From: an uncultured delta proteobacterium
Lineage (GTDB): Bacteria > Desulfobacterota > Desulfobacteria > Desulfobacterales > B30-G6
NCBI GenBank assembly: GCA_963823335.1
Contig: CAWGLD010000006.1
Span: 128,314 to 192,313 of the forward strand
Length of the DNA stretch: 64,000 nucleotides
Direction: 5' to 3'
The notes beneath the pieces are model-generated. The model did no database searches and was not told where the DNA came from. It saw nothing but the letters and a program-made list of their open reading frames with translations. Positions 10,027-18,116 of the stretch are shown here, piece after piece. The first letter of the stretch is position 1. The number at the start of each line of letters is the position of its first letter. The translations under genes and the position numbers were made by a program.

Positions 10027-11415
10027 ATGAGACCAAGAGCATTTCTGATGATGCTGATCCTGGCCTGTGTCACGGTGATGTTCTGCATGTCCACCGCCAT
10101 GGCGCAGAACATTCCGAAAACCAAGGAGTTTCGGATCGAAAGAGCCATGCCAAAGGAAGCCGTTGCCTGCATTGAATGTCACAAACGGGAACACCCCGGA
10201 CTTTTTGCAGACTGGGCTCGCAGTCGTCATGCAAGCGCCAACATCACATGTCTTGACTGTCACCAGGCCGAAGAATCAGATATGGATCTTAGCCGTGAGC
10301 ACTTCAAGCAGTACCAGCGGTCTGACCAGCCCTTCGGTACCAAAGAATACAAAGTTCCCATCACTGCGGTGGTTACACCCAAGGACTGCTCGCGCTGTCA
10401 TCCTGATGAAGCCAAACAATACAGTGTTAGCAAACATGCCAATACCATGGAAATTATATGGAAAATAGATCCCTGGCTCAACAAAGGCATGAACAGCGAC
10501 TTTGAAAGAACCGCTGGATGCTATCATTGCCATGGAACCATTCTGAAGATGAAAGATGGGAATCTTGATCCTGAAACCTGGCCAAATGTCGGTGTCGGCA
10601 GAATCAATCTGGATGGAAGCAAGGGCAGCTGCACGAGTTGCCACACGCGCCATATGTTTTCGGTCATGGAAGCCCGCAAGCCTGAAGCATGTGGCCAATG
10701 TCACCTGGGACCGGATCATCCCCAGATTGAAATCTTCATGGAATCAAAACATGGTGACATTTACACCGCCCATGGTGATGATTACAACTGGAACGCCGCT
10801 CCTGGCACATGGTCACCGGGAGTCGATTTTCGTGGCCCCACCTGTGCATCCTGTCACATGTCCGGTGCCGGCACGACGTTGACGAGTCATGATGTGACGG
10901 AACGTTTGTCATGGGAAATACAGGCACCACTGACCATTCGACCATCCGACTTCAAACCCTTCCCTGCCAAGAACAACTGGGAGACCGAACGTGATAAAAT
11001 GAAAGTGGTCTGTACCCAGTGTCATGGAAAAACCTGGGTTGACGATCATTATGTCAAGCTGGACAGGGTGGTGGAAGAATACAACGAAGTATATTTCAAA
11101 CCGGCAAAGAGTATGCTGGATCAGTTATACGAGAAGGAGCTGCTGGACAAAACAAGGTTCTTTGACGAACGACTTGAGGTCGAATACTATGAGCTCTGGC
11201 ATCATGAAGGCAGAAGAGCCCGTATGGGTACAGCCATGATGGCACCGGACTATGCCTGGTGGCATGGGTTTTATGAATGTAAAAAGCGTTTCAGCAATTA
11301 CATGGAGGAAGCCCGCCACCTCATAGACCAGAACCAGAAAGCCTATGTCGCAAAAGATTTTCCGAATGCCACCGGTAGTACCACCAAGCCAAAAGAGGTG
11401 TTTCCGGATAATTAA
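10027..11415 (+). CDS. octaheme cytochrome c, hydroxylamine-oxidoreductase-like (HAO family)
   Basis: 462 aa with a signal peptide. Eight CxxCH motifs are present (CIECH, CLDCH, CSRCH, CYHCH, CTSCH, CGQCH, CASCH, CTQCH). The CGQCHLGPDHPQIEIFMESKHG block is typical of HAO-type proteins as I recall them. Confidence 0.75.
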   Translation: MRPRAFLMMLILACVTVMFCMSTAMAQNIPKTKEFRIERAMPKEAVACIECHKREHPGLFADWARSRHASANITCLDCHQAEESDMDLSREHFKQYQRSDQPFGTKEYKVPITAVVTPKDCSRCHPDEAKQYSVSKHANTMEIIWKIDPWLNKGMNSDFERTAGCYHCHGTILKMKDGNLDPETWPNVGVGRINLDGSKGSCTSCHTRHMFSVMEARKPEACGQCHLGPDHPQIEIFMESKHGDIYTAHGDDYNWNAAPGTWSPGVDFRGPTCASCHMSGAGTTLTSHDVTERLSWEIQAPLTIRPSDFKPFPAKNNWETERDKMKVVCTQCHGKTWVDDHYVKLDRVVEEYNEVYFKPAKSMLDQLYEKELLDKTRFFDERLEVEYYELWHHEGRRARMGTAMMAPDYAWWHGFYECKKRFSNYMEEARHLIDQNQKAYVAKDFPNATGSTTKPKEVFPDN

Positions 11416-11428
11416 CGATAAATATGAT

Positions 11429-11526
11429 AGGAAGCCTGGAAGCCATGAGGCTGGGAAGCCGCCTTCAGTGATTGGCTGAAAGCCGATACCAGTCTCATAG
11501 CATCCTCGCTTCTCAGCATCACAGCC
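11429..11526. repeat. W12 element (GGAAGCC words ... AGCATCCTCGCTTCTCAGCAT)
   Basis: The left side is the word array GGAAGCCTGGAAGCCATGAGGCTGGGAAGCC. The loop carries the core-like GGCTGAAAGCCGATACCAG. The right arm recurs at 18069 and 63441. Confidence 0.6.
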
Positions 11527-11569
11527 CATCCTTCATTCACCTTTAAACCCATCCGTACCCGTCAATGGC

Positions 11570-12235
11570 TTATGGTGTTACACCAAATCTGAGCCATTTA
11601 AATCTCTTCTGATTATCGATCGACACATATTTTCCAGTACGTGCCATAAATAGATTTTCCGGCTTAAGGCATATATTCGGTTCGTTGGTCTGAAGTTCTT
11701 GAAAGCCAAAAGGATCAAATAATCTGATGAGTATTTTTCGATAAGCCAGTGCAGATTTTGCTGTACCATCCAGATCCCATGTCCAAGAGTACCCCACCAT
11801 ATACACGATCAGTTTCTCCACAATTGAGGGGCGCATCAGCTGCCCCAGGATTCTACCTGCAATCCCGTGGGACCGAAACCGACGGCATATTTCTATGGCT
11901 TTTACCTCCATCATCAATCCGGGCGTCATTTCTTGCCAGCGGTCCCCTTCGTCTGGGGGGCTGAGAACACCAAAACCGATGATATTCTCACCTTCCAATG
12001 CTAAGGTAACATTCGCATTGGCTTGTGATGTATTGTTTTCAAGACTTTCTCTTTTGGTGTAAAGAGACTTGTATTGCGCATGCATGCCAAACTGTCTGTC
12101 AAACGTATAGCGTCGTATCTCTTCCGGTTTGCAGAAAGAGCGGATGCAGATCTTAGGGTTGGAGGGGGTAAGCGCAGGGTTGGAGGGTTGGAGGGGTCGA
12201 GGGTTCGAGGGGGTGTCTTTTGTAGAATATACCAT
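11570..12235 (-). CDS. GNAT acetyltransferase, AcuA-like (start uncertain)
   Basis: 221 aa. YSWTWDLDGTAKSALAYRK and NLFMARTGK resemble recalled B. subtilis AcuA blocks (YYWHWDLKG, NCLMARIGK). The first ~25 codons (PSNPRPLQPSNPALTPSNP) translate a W1 repeat arm, so the true start may be downstream (for example Met at 12085). Confidence 0.6.
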   Translation of the reverse strand: MVYSTKDTPSNPRPLQPSNPALTPSNPKICIRSFCKPEEIRRYTFDRQFGMHAQYKSLYTKRESLENNTSQANANVTLALEGENIIGFGVLSPPDEGDRWQEMTPGLMMEVKAIEICRRFRSHGIAGRILGQLMRPSIVEKLIVYMVGYSWTWDLDGTAKSALAYRKILIRLFDPFGFQELQTNEPNICLKPENLFMARTGKYVSIDNQKRFKWLRFGVTP

Positions 12236-12338
12236 GCAATGATAGCCTTTTAGGGAGTTAGACTGTAGGCTGTTAGGTGCGTATAGCTAAAAGCTCTCAG
12301 CCACCCTCGAACCCTCGAAACCTTGGACCCTCGAACCC
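12153..12338. repeat. W1 hairpin element (full, ~186 bp) with W6-type core
   Basis: The G-rich arm is 12153-12213 and the C-rich arm is 12301-12338 (CCACCCTCGAACCCTCGAAACCTTGGACCCTCGAACCC). The loop contains TTAGACTGTAGGCTGTTAGGTGC, shared with 27540 and 42620. Confidence 0.8.
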
Positions 12339-12343
12339 TTGTT

Positions 12344-12898
12344 TTAAAAATCTGTCCATGTTGAATGCAGTCGTTTGACCATTATCACCATGTCATGGGT
12401 GCCGCCATCCGGGCCGACGGCATAGTTTTGGAGTTCTGCACGTTGAAAAAAATCAAATTTTTTTACGGCCTCGATGGCTGCATCTTCGATGCCTCTGACA
12501 AGATCCGTTCTTAATGTTTCCAGACCTTTGTCCATAGCGGCCTGAATCAAGTCCAGCAATATCCATGTTCCCAGCCGCTTGTTGCGGAATTCCGGCATAA
12601 CGACGATACGGAAACGCCCAACATGCTTGGTAGCACCGAATTCCCTGAAATGTAAACTACCGTGCCCGATCATTTCACTGTTACAGAATGCGATAATGGA
12701 GAACACGGCGCCACTGTCCATGTTTGAAATCCATTTTCGGATAATATCTGGTTTGGTGGTATCATAGCGCATGCACCAACGATCGTTTTCGGGTATTTTT
12801 TTATAAAACCGATTCAGCAGTGATTCGTCCTCCGGTTTCAGTGGACGGATCACTGCTTCTTCACAATCCTTGAGGATACATTCTTTGGGATATCTCAC
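12344..12898 (-). CDS. GNAT family N-acetyltransferase
   Basis: 184 aa. Acetyl-CoA binding motif FRNKRLGTWILLDLIQAA is present. Confidence 0.75.
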   Translation of the reverse strand: MRYPKECILKDCEEAVIRPLKPEDESLLNRFYKKIPENDRWCMRYDTTKPDIIRKWISNMDSGAVFSIIAFCNSEMIGHGSLHFREFGATKHVGRFRIVVMPEFRNKRLGTWILLDLIQAAMDKGLETLRTDLVRGIEDAAIEAVKKFDFFQRAELQNYAVGPDGGTHDMVIMVKRLHSTWTDF

Positions 12899-12970
12899 CG
12901 CTCGGACACCTCCCTTTTATTGTCAATTAATGACAGATTTCATGCCTTTTGCGACAAACAAATAAATGCA

Positions 12971-13071
12971 ATCACGAAAACACGCACGAAGTATCCTTAA
13001 CGGATAAATCTGAAAAACACGAAATTTTTCATGGTCTTTTTCGTGTTTTCGTACTTTCGTGTTTTCGTGAT
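12971..13071. repeat. W3 element (CACGAAAA words), ~100 nt
   Basis: The outer 14-bp stem pairs ATCACGAAAACACG with CGTGTTTTCGTGAT. Inner stems are present. Near-identical reverse-complement copy at 18586-18670 and a shorter copy at 45105-45185. Confidence 0.8.
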
Positions 13072-13081
13072 AAAAGATCGT

Positions 13082-14215
13082 TTATTCTGGTTTCCCCATG
13101 ACCTCTGCAAACATATCCATGTCCCAGCTTCTGCACTCGGCGATGTTCTGTCGAAACTTGATAAAGTCGATGGTATCCTGTCCTGTGATTTTCTTGGTGT
13201 TGAAAGCCCCGAAACCGAGAAACGCCTCTCCGCCCATATTGGCTGCAAGCCAGTGTCTGTGAGAGTTTTTCATGGTATCCCAGAAATATTTTTTCTTCTG
13301 TCGAATACTGTCGATGGACTCCATCAGACAACCCGGAAAAAGATTGGCAAATGTCCACACAATTTTGTCGACTTCCTTGTCCAGAAGTTCAAAATTTGAA
13401 TTGGGTTGATGTTCCTTGACAAAAGCACGCGCCTCTTTCAACGCCTCACCGGTTTTGTATTCACCAAAGACAATCTCACCGTCTTCCACATATTTATCAA
13501 TAGTAATCATGGGGTTTCGGACCCATCCACCATCGATGTTCAGAACCGGGACCACTTTACTGATCAGATTTTTGGCCTTCATTTTATAGGCTGACCACAT
13601 TTCGCAGGAAATGCAGTTCCACATGGAGTCTTCCATACTTAGAAACCACGGCAAAAAGTCTGATGATCCTCCTACCGGAGCAGACCCGTGTTTGGGGCCG
13701 GCCTGCCCATAAATGGCAAGATCCGAAGAAATGGCAAGATCGCAGGCCATACCAATCTCCTGGCCACCTGCCACCCGCATCCCGTTCACACGACAGATAA
13801 CCGGCTTTTTGCAAGCCAGTATGGCATCGACCATATGATTGAACAATTCCATATACTGGCCGTATTCATCTGGGCGGCGGCTGTAATATTCACTGTATTC
13901 TTTTGTATTTCCACCCGTACAGAACGCATAGGGGCCTGTGCCGGTAAAAACAACCGCCACAACGCTGCGATCGAGAGAAGCATTTTCAAAGCCGGCAATC
14001 ACTCCTTTGACCATTTCCGTTGTGTAAGAATTGTACTGTCTGGGATTGTTCAAGCGAATCCATGCAGTGTACAGACCGTCGATCATCTTCCCCGAAGGGT
14101 CCTGCAAGGGCTTTTTCTCGAATACGACACAGGGATCTTTGCTCCCCCAGTGTCCTTCCTCATGTAATTGGTGATCTTTTTTTTCGTTGTCGCGCGGCAT
14201 CCAGTCTAAAGCCAT
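13082..14215 (-). CDS. oah: 6-oxocyclohex-1-ene-1-carbonyl-CoA hydrolase (ring-cleaving, Oah/BamA type), crotonase superfamily
   Basis: 377 aa, unusually long for a crotonase and the length expected for Oah/BamA. It has a crotonase core (FCTGGN, VAGGQEIGMACD). It lies directly downstream of a Zn-ADH-type had-like gene, as in benzoyl-CoA pathway clusters. Confidence 0.7.
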   Translation of the reverse strand: MALDWMPRDNEKKDHQLHEEGHWGSKDPCVVFEKKPLQDPSGKMIDGLYTAWIRLNNPRQYNSYTTEMVKGVIAGFENASLDRSVVAVVFTGTGPYAFCTGGNTKEYSEYYSRRPDEYGQYMELFNHMVDAILACKKPVICRVNGMRVAGGQEIGMACDLAISSDLAIYGQAGPKHGSAPVGGSSDFLPWFLSMEDSMWNCISCEMWSAYKMKAKNLISKVVPVLNIDGGWVRNPMITIDKYVEDGEIVFGEYKTGEALKEARAFVKEHQPNSNFELLDKEVDKIVWTFANLFPGCLMESIDSIRQKKKYFWDTMKNSHRHWLAANMGGEAFLGFGAFNTKKITGQDTIDFIKFRQNIAECRSWDMDMFAEVMGKPE

Positions 14216-14245
14216 GATATTCTCCTTTGTATAAATAATTGATTT

Positions 14246-14378
14246 TTTGTTTTTGTGTTTTGTATTTTGTGTTTGGTGCTCAGTGTTTGGTGCCTGGAGA
14301 TGTTATTGGGTGGTTCTATTTGACGGTAGACCAAACACCAAGGACTAATTACTAAACACCAAATACCAAACACTAAAT
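14246..14378. repeat. W5 hairpin element between oah and had
   Basis: The G/T arm is TTGTTTTTGTGTTTTGTATTTTGTGTTTGGTGCTCAGTGTTTGGTG. The C/A arm is ACCAAACACCAAGGACTAATTACTAAACACCAAATACCAAACACTAAAT. Confidence 0.8.
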
Positions 14379-14389
14379 ATGATCTCAAT

Positions 14390-15493
14390 CTAGAAATCGG
14401 GCACCAGCACGATTCTTTTGTCCGGCGACTTCGTGTGTGCTTCTTCAAAAGCAGCTGCAATCGTACTCATGGGACGGGTCTGAACAAAAGGTTTCATATC
14501 GATCTTTCCTGAAAGAACCATTCCGAGAACCTGTGGATAATATTCCGGCAGGCATCCCCAGGTGCCGATGATTTCAGCATCAAATGCCATAAGGCGACTG
14601 ATGGAATATTCGAGTTTTTGCATACCAAAGCCCACAATGATCAATTTTCCTGTAAAGCTGAGGAGCCCCAGAGCGGTTTCCTGCCCGGGCTTGCTGCCGG
14701 TGACCTCGAAGATCTTCCATCCATAAGCAGGGAGATGTTTCTGCTTTCTCAGGGCTTTGATTTCATCCGAGATGTCTCTGGGCCCTTTGCCGGTGGCATT
14801 GATAGCCACATCAGCGCCGTAGTTTTGAATTTGTTCCAAGCGTTTTTCATCGATATCCACGGCGATAACGCATCCAGCCCCAAGCGCCTTGGCTATCTGA
14901 ACCATATACTGCCCAACACCACCGATACCGATGACAATAACGTTGTCACCGATTTGGAGATCGGCTCTTTTGGCTGCCTGAAACGGGGTTGTTGCGGCGT
15001 CCGCCACAACGGCCAGATGGGCCAAGGGAATCTCTCCCCTGCCCTTGATTTCACACAGATCAATACTCGGCACGGGTATGTGGCTTGAAAAACCTCCATA
15101 AATTCCGATACTGTTGCCAGGCATTTTCTGACTCAAGCACCGGTTTCCCCTGCCGGTTTTACACAAATGGCAACGACGGCACGGCATGACGGCTGGTATC
15201 AGGACTTCCTTTCCTATCCAGGCATCATCACCGGCTACCACGGTACCGGATATTTCGTGCCCAAGTGTCAAGGGAGGTTTTGAGACAGTTGGAACGCCAT
15301 CATAAAAGTAACCAAGATCCGTGTGGCAGACACCACAACCGGCGACTTCCACCAGTACATCCTGAGGCATCAAATCGGGAATTGGAAGTACTTTTTTTTC
15401 AATTTTTCCCGGAATGATTTCATTGGTCTCTTTGTTTCGGGTTGTCGGTTTTACCATTTGCCAGGTCTGGATCTGCTCGGGCATTTTTGCCAT
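14390..15493 (-). CDS. had: 6-hydroxycyclohex-1-ene-1-carbonyl-CoA dehydrogenase-like Zn-dependent alcohol dehydrogenase
   Basis: 367 aa. Zn-ADH motifs GCGVCHTDL and GHEISGTVV and the Rossmann motif GIGGVGQY are present. The specific assignment rests on synteny with oah. Confidence 0.65.
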   Translation of the reverse strand: MAKMPEQIQTWQMVKPTTRNKETNEIIPGKIEKKVLPIPDLMPQDVLVEVAGCGVCHTDLGYFYDGVPTVSKPPLTLGHEISGTVVAGDDAWIGKEVLIPAVMPCRRCHLCKTGRGNRCLSQKMPGNSIGIYGGFSSHIPVPSIDLCEIKGRGEIPLAHLAVVADAATTPFQAAKRADLQIGDNVIVIGIGGVGQYMVQIAKALGAGCVIAVDIDEKRLEQIQNYGADVAINATGKGPRDISDEIKALRKQKHLPAYGWKIFEVTGSKPGQETALGLLSFTGKLIIVGFGMQKLEYSISRLMAFDAEIIGTWGCLPEYYPQVLGMVLSGKIDMKPFVQTRPMSTIAAAFEEAHTKSPDKRIVLVPDF

Positions 15494-15583
15494 GCTCTAC
15501 CTCCTTGTTTTGACAGAATAAATTGTTCTGTAAATTTATGAATGCAAACCTAGTTCTTCTGCAATGAGTTGAAGTTATAATTT

Positions 15584-15598
15584 AGCTATAATGTAACT
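15584..15598. promoter_or_regulatory. AGCT-N7-AACT candidate operator (one half degenerate)
   Basis: AGCTataatgtAACT, overlapping the candidate -10 of the had-oah promoter. Confidence 0.3.
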
Positions 15599-15619
15599 TT
15601 TAGAACCATTTAAAGTCAA
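15590..15619 (-). promoter_or_regulatory. candidate promoter for had-oah
   Basis: On the minus strand: TTGACT (15619-15614), 18-nt spacer, TACATT (15595-15590). It is preceded by the same 25-nt hairpin as the 20724 promoter. Confidence 0.35.
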
Positions 15620-15760
15620 TAATAAAATCGCTTCGCGTTTTTATCTGCGCGAAATGGGCTCGCTGTTGACGTTCAAAACCAAGACAAGCAGCGTCAGGGT
15701 AAAATGACATTCCAAGTCTAAATCCTGCCTCCTGGCATCGGTGTGGCCATCATTTTTCTC

Positions 15761-15788
15761 TTGACTATTTATGTAGCTAATATATAGC
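15761..15788 (+). promoter_or_regulatory. candidate promoter for the SDR-thiolase-DUF35-hydratase operon
   Basis: TTGACT (15761-15766), 16-nt spacer, TATAGC (15783-15788). The -10 is weak. Confidence 0.3.
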
Positions 15789-15789
15789 T
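15775..15789. promoter_or_regulatory. AGCT-N7-AGCT candidate operator
   Basis: AGCTaatatatAGCT, overlapping the candidate -10 of the SDR operon promoter. Confidence 0.35.
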
Positions 15790-15837
15790 GTTAATGATTT
15801 GAACACGTTATCACTCCGGAAATTAAAGAACACACGC

Positions 15838-15864
15838 TTGTCATTCCCGCCAAGACGGGAATCT
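15838..15864. repeat. REP-like hairpin GTCATTCCCGCCAAGACGGGAATC
   Basis: It belongs to the same family as the reverse complement of 1126-1152. Confidence 0.5.
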
Positions 15865-15907
15865 TGATAATTACGATGTGCCAGACAGTTTATAATAAGG
15901 AGTTCAT

Positions 15908-16660
15908 ATGAAATTAGAGGGAAAAATCGCATTGGTAACCGGAAGTAGCCGCGGTGTCGGCAAAGCCGTAGCGCTCGGTTTTGCAGCGAGTGGGGCGGAT
16001 GTGGTAATCAACTACACCTCCAATCAGACTGCCGCCGATGGCGTGGTCTCAGAAATTCAATCCATGGGTCGTTCGGCGGTGGCTGTAAAGGCAGATGTTG
16101 CCGTCAAGGCGGATGTGGAGCGTCTTGTTGACACCGCTGTGGAGAAGTTTGGGAAACTCGATATTCTGGTCAACAATGCCGGATTTACCCGGCCTGCCAT
16201 GATGGTAAAAATGAGTGAAGAACAGTGGGATCAGGTGGTGGATATCCATTTGAAAGGCGCTTTTATGTGTTCCCAGGCTGCAGGAAAGGTGATGAAGGAA
16301 CAAAACAGCGGAAAGATTATCAACGTGACCTCGGTAGCCGGAATTGTGGGAACCGTAGGTCAGATCAATTACAGCGCCGCCAAGGGCGGGATCATCAGCA
16401 TGACCAAATCCATTGCCCGGGAAATGGCAAGATACAATGTTTGTGCCAATGTTATCTCTTTGGGGATCGTGGCAACAGACATGACCGAAAAGATCAGGAC
16501 CGATGAAAAACTAAAAGAAATTTATATGAATCGTATCCTGCTCAAACGTTTTGCAGAACCAGATGACATATCGCCCGCTTTTGTCTTTTTTGCCTCTGAT
16601 GATAGTAATTACATCACCGGGCAGCTGGTGTGTGTAGATGGTGGGTACGGAATGATCTAA
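15908..16660 (+). CDS. short-chain dehydrogenase/reductase (FabG-like 3-oxo/3-hydroxyacyl reductase)
   Basis: 250 aa. TGSSRGVGKA, NNAG and YSAAKGG motifs are present. Confidence 0.85.
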   Translation: MKLEGKIALVTGSSRGVGKAVALGFAASGADVVINYTSNQTAADGVVSEIQSMGRSAVAVKADVAVKADVERLVDTAVEKFGKLDILVNNAGFTRPAMMVKMSEEQWDQVVDIHLKGAFMCSQAAGKVMKEQNSGKIINVTSVAGIVGTVGQINYSAAKGGIISMTKSIAREMARYNVCANVISLGIVATDMTEKIRTDEKLKEIYMNRILLKRFAEPDDISPAFVFFASDDSNYITGQLVCVDGGYGMI

Positions 16661-16662
16661 AA

Positions 16663-16703
16663 ATAAAATCGTTGCACGATTTTATCTGGCGCGACTTCGT
16701 CGC
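16663..16703. repeat. W8 bipartite hairpin
   Basis: ATAAAATCG-TTGCA-CGATTTTAT, then CTGGC, then GCGAC-TTC-GTCGC, starting 3 nt after the fabG-like stop. Copies are at 34596, 38598 (reverse complement), 54003 and 20680 (reverse complement). Confidence 0.75.
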
Positions 16704-16783
16704 TTTAAGAAGGTACCGTTCTTCAATTTGTTTGGCGTTTCGATAGTCGAATTTAAAGTTTATCAACAGAGGAGAATCTACGT

Positions 16784-17950
16784 ATGAGTAAAGTAGCTAT
16801 CATCGGCGTCGGTCAGAGCACATTTGTTCGATCGTACCCCGGCTCCATTCGGGAGCTTGTCTTCGAAGGATTTAAAGACTGCATGCAGGATGCCCAGATC
16901 GCTGCCAGCGACATCGACGCATCGATTGTCTGTTCGGCTCCCGAATATGACAAGCAACGATCTCCGGCAGGTGTTTTTGCAGAATACCTGGGCCTGAATC
17001 CACAACCGACATTCTATGTCGAAAGTCTCTGTTCCTCCAGCACAACAGGGTTGAAACTGGCTTATTCCCTTGTCAAATCAGGACTTCACGACGTTGTGGC
17101 CGTTCTCGGCTTTCAAAAAATGTCCGAGATCTCCTCTTCGGAATCCCAGGAAAGGATGGGACGTGGGGCGGATATTCAATGGGAAAGCCCGTTTGGCACC
17201 ATGATGCCGGCGTATTATGCCATGTACGCCAGGGCATACCTGGAACGTTATGGCGCCAGTCTGGATGACCTTGCCCTGATACGAGTAAAAGCCGCAACCT
17301 ACGGCCAGATCAATGAAAAGGCCGTGTATCGAAAACCGGTTACATTTGAAATGTTCCAGGATCCCGAAAATATCATGGGAAGACCCGTATCGACACCCCT
17401 TCGGGTTGGCGATTGCTGCGCAAATGCGGATGGCAGTTCGTGCATCATCGTGGCTAGCGAGGAAAGAGCCAAATCCTTGTGTTCCAAACCCGTCTGGATT
17501 ATGGGTTTGGGTTCAGCTACCACCAGTGTGAACCTGGCCGGCAGAGATCTTTTTTCGGGTCTTTCGGTCGCACAGCACGCTGCCAGTCAAGCTTATAACA
17601 TGGCCGGGATTACACCCAAACATGTGGATGTTGCTGAGGTGCACGACTGTTTTACCATCGCTGAAATGATGGCATATGAAAATCTCGGCTTTGCCGAGCC
17701 AGGAGAAGGAAAAGATCTCATTAAAGGAAAGGAAACCTACAAAGAGGGAAGTATTCCTGTTAATGTTGATGGGGGGCTGCTCTCGAAAGGACATCCCATA
17801 GGGGCAACCGGTGGATCCCAGGTGCGAACCATTGTTTTACAGCTCAGGGACGAGGCCGGTGATATTCAGGTAAAAAATCCCGAAATCGGTCTGATCCATA
17901 ATATTGGCGGTGTCGGACTCTACGGGAATGTGACCATACTCGGACGTTAA
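16784..17950 (+). CDS. SCPx-type thiolase (thiolase domain protein)
   Basis: 388 aa. It has the active-site region SLCSSSTTG and the C-terminal HPIGATGG. It is followed by a DUF35 partner gene. Confidence 0.8.
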   Translation: MSKVAIIGVGQSTFVRSYPGSIRELVFEGFKDCMQDAQIAASDIDASIVCSAPEYDKQRSPAGVFAEYLGLNPQPTFYVESLCSSSTTGLKLAYSLVKSGLHDVVAVLGFQKMSEISSSESQERMGRGADIQWESPFGTMMPAYYAMYARAYLERYGASLDDLALIRVKAATYGQINEKAVYRKPVTFEMFQDPENIMGRPVSTPLRVGDCCANADGSSCIIVASEERAKSLCSKPVWIMGLGSATTSVNLAGRDLFSGLSVAQHAASQAYNMAGITPKHVDVAEVHDCFTIAEMMAYENLGFAEPGEGKDLIKGKETYKEGSIPVNVDGGLLSKGHPIGATGGSQVRTIVLQLRDEAGDIQVKNPEIGLIHNIGGVGLYGNVTILGR

Positions 17951-18006
17951 TTTATATATCATATCAGATTCTTAACAATATCAGATTTGTCAATAATCTT
18001 GTAAAT

Positions 18007-18103
18007 GGGTTCGAGGGATCAAGGATTCAAGGGTTCAAGTGTGGCTGAGGGCTAAAAGCAGACAGCGGCATCCAGGCCTTCAAGCATCCTCGCTTCCCAG
18101 CAT
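18007..18103. repeat. chimeric element: W1-type G arm + core + W12 right arm
   Basis: GGGTTCGAGGGATCAAGGATTCAAGGGTTCAAG, then GTGGCTGAGGGCTAAAAGCAGACAGCGG, then CATCCAGGCCTTCAAGCATCCTCGCTTCCCAGCAT. The two arms belong to different word families. Confidence 0.65.
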
Positions 18104-18116
18104 ACATGGAGGTAAC

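Noticed and set aside
15843-15862. ATTCCC-N8-GGGAAT, which matches the formal pattern of Neisseria dRS3 repeats.
   Set aside because: The pattern match is generic for a 6-bp stem hairpin. The context (GTCATTCCCGC..GCGGGAATGAC family) and the host gene content give no reason to link it to Neisseria elements.
16078-16113. An apparent internal duplication VAVKADVAVKADV in the SDR protein.
   Set aside because: The segment length matches the usual SDR spacing between the beta-strand (..AVKADV) and the following helix (..VERLV). It is therefore not an insertion, and the two nucleotide copies are not identical.
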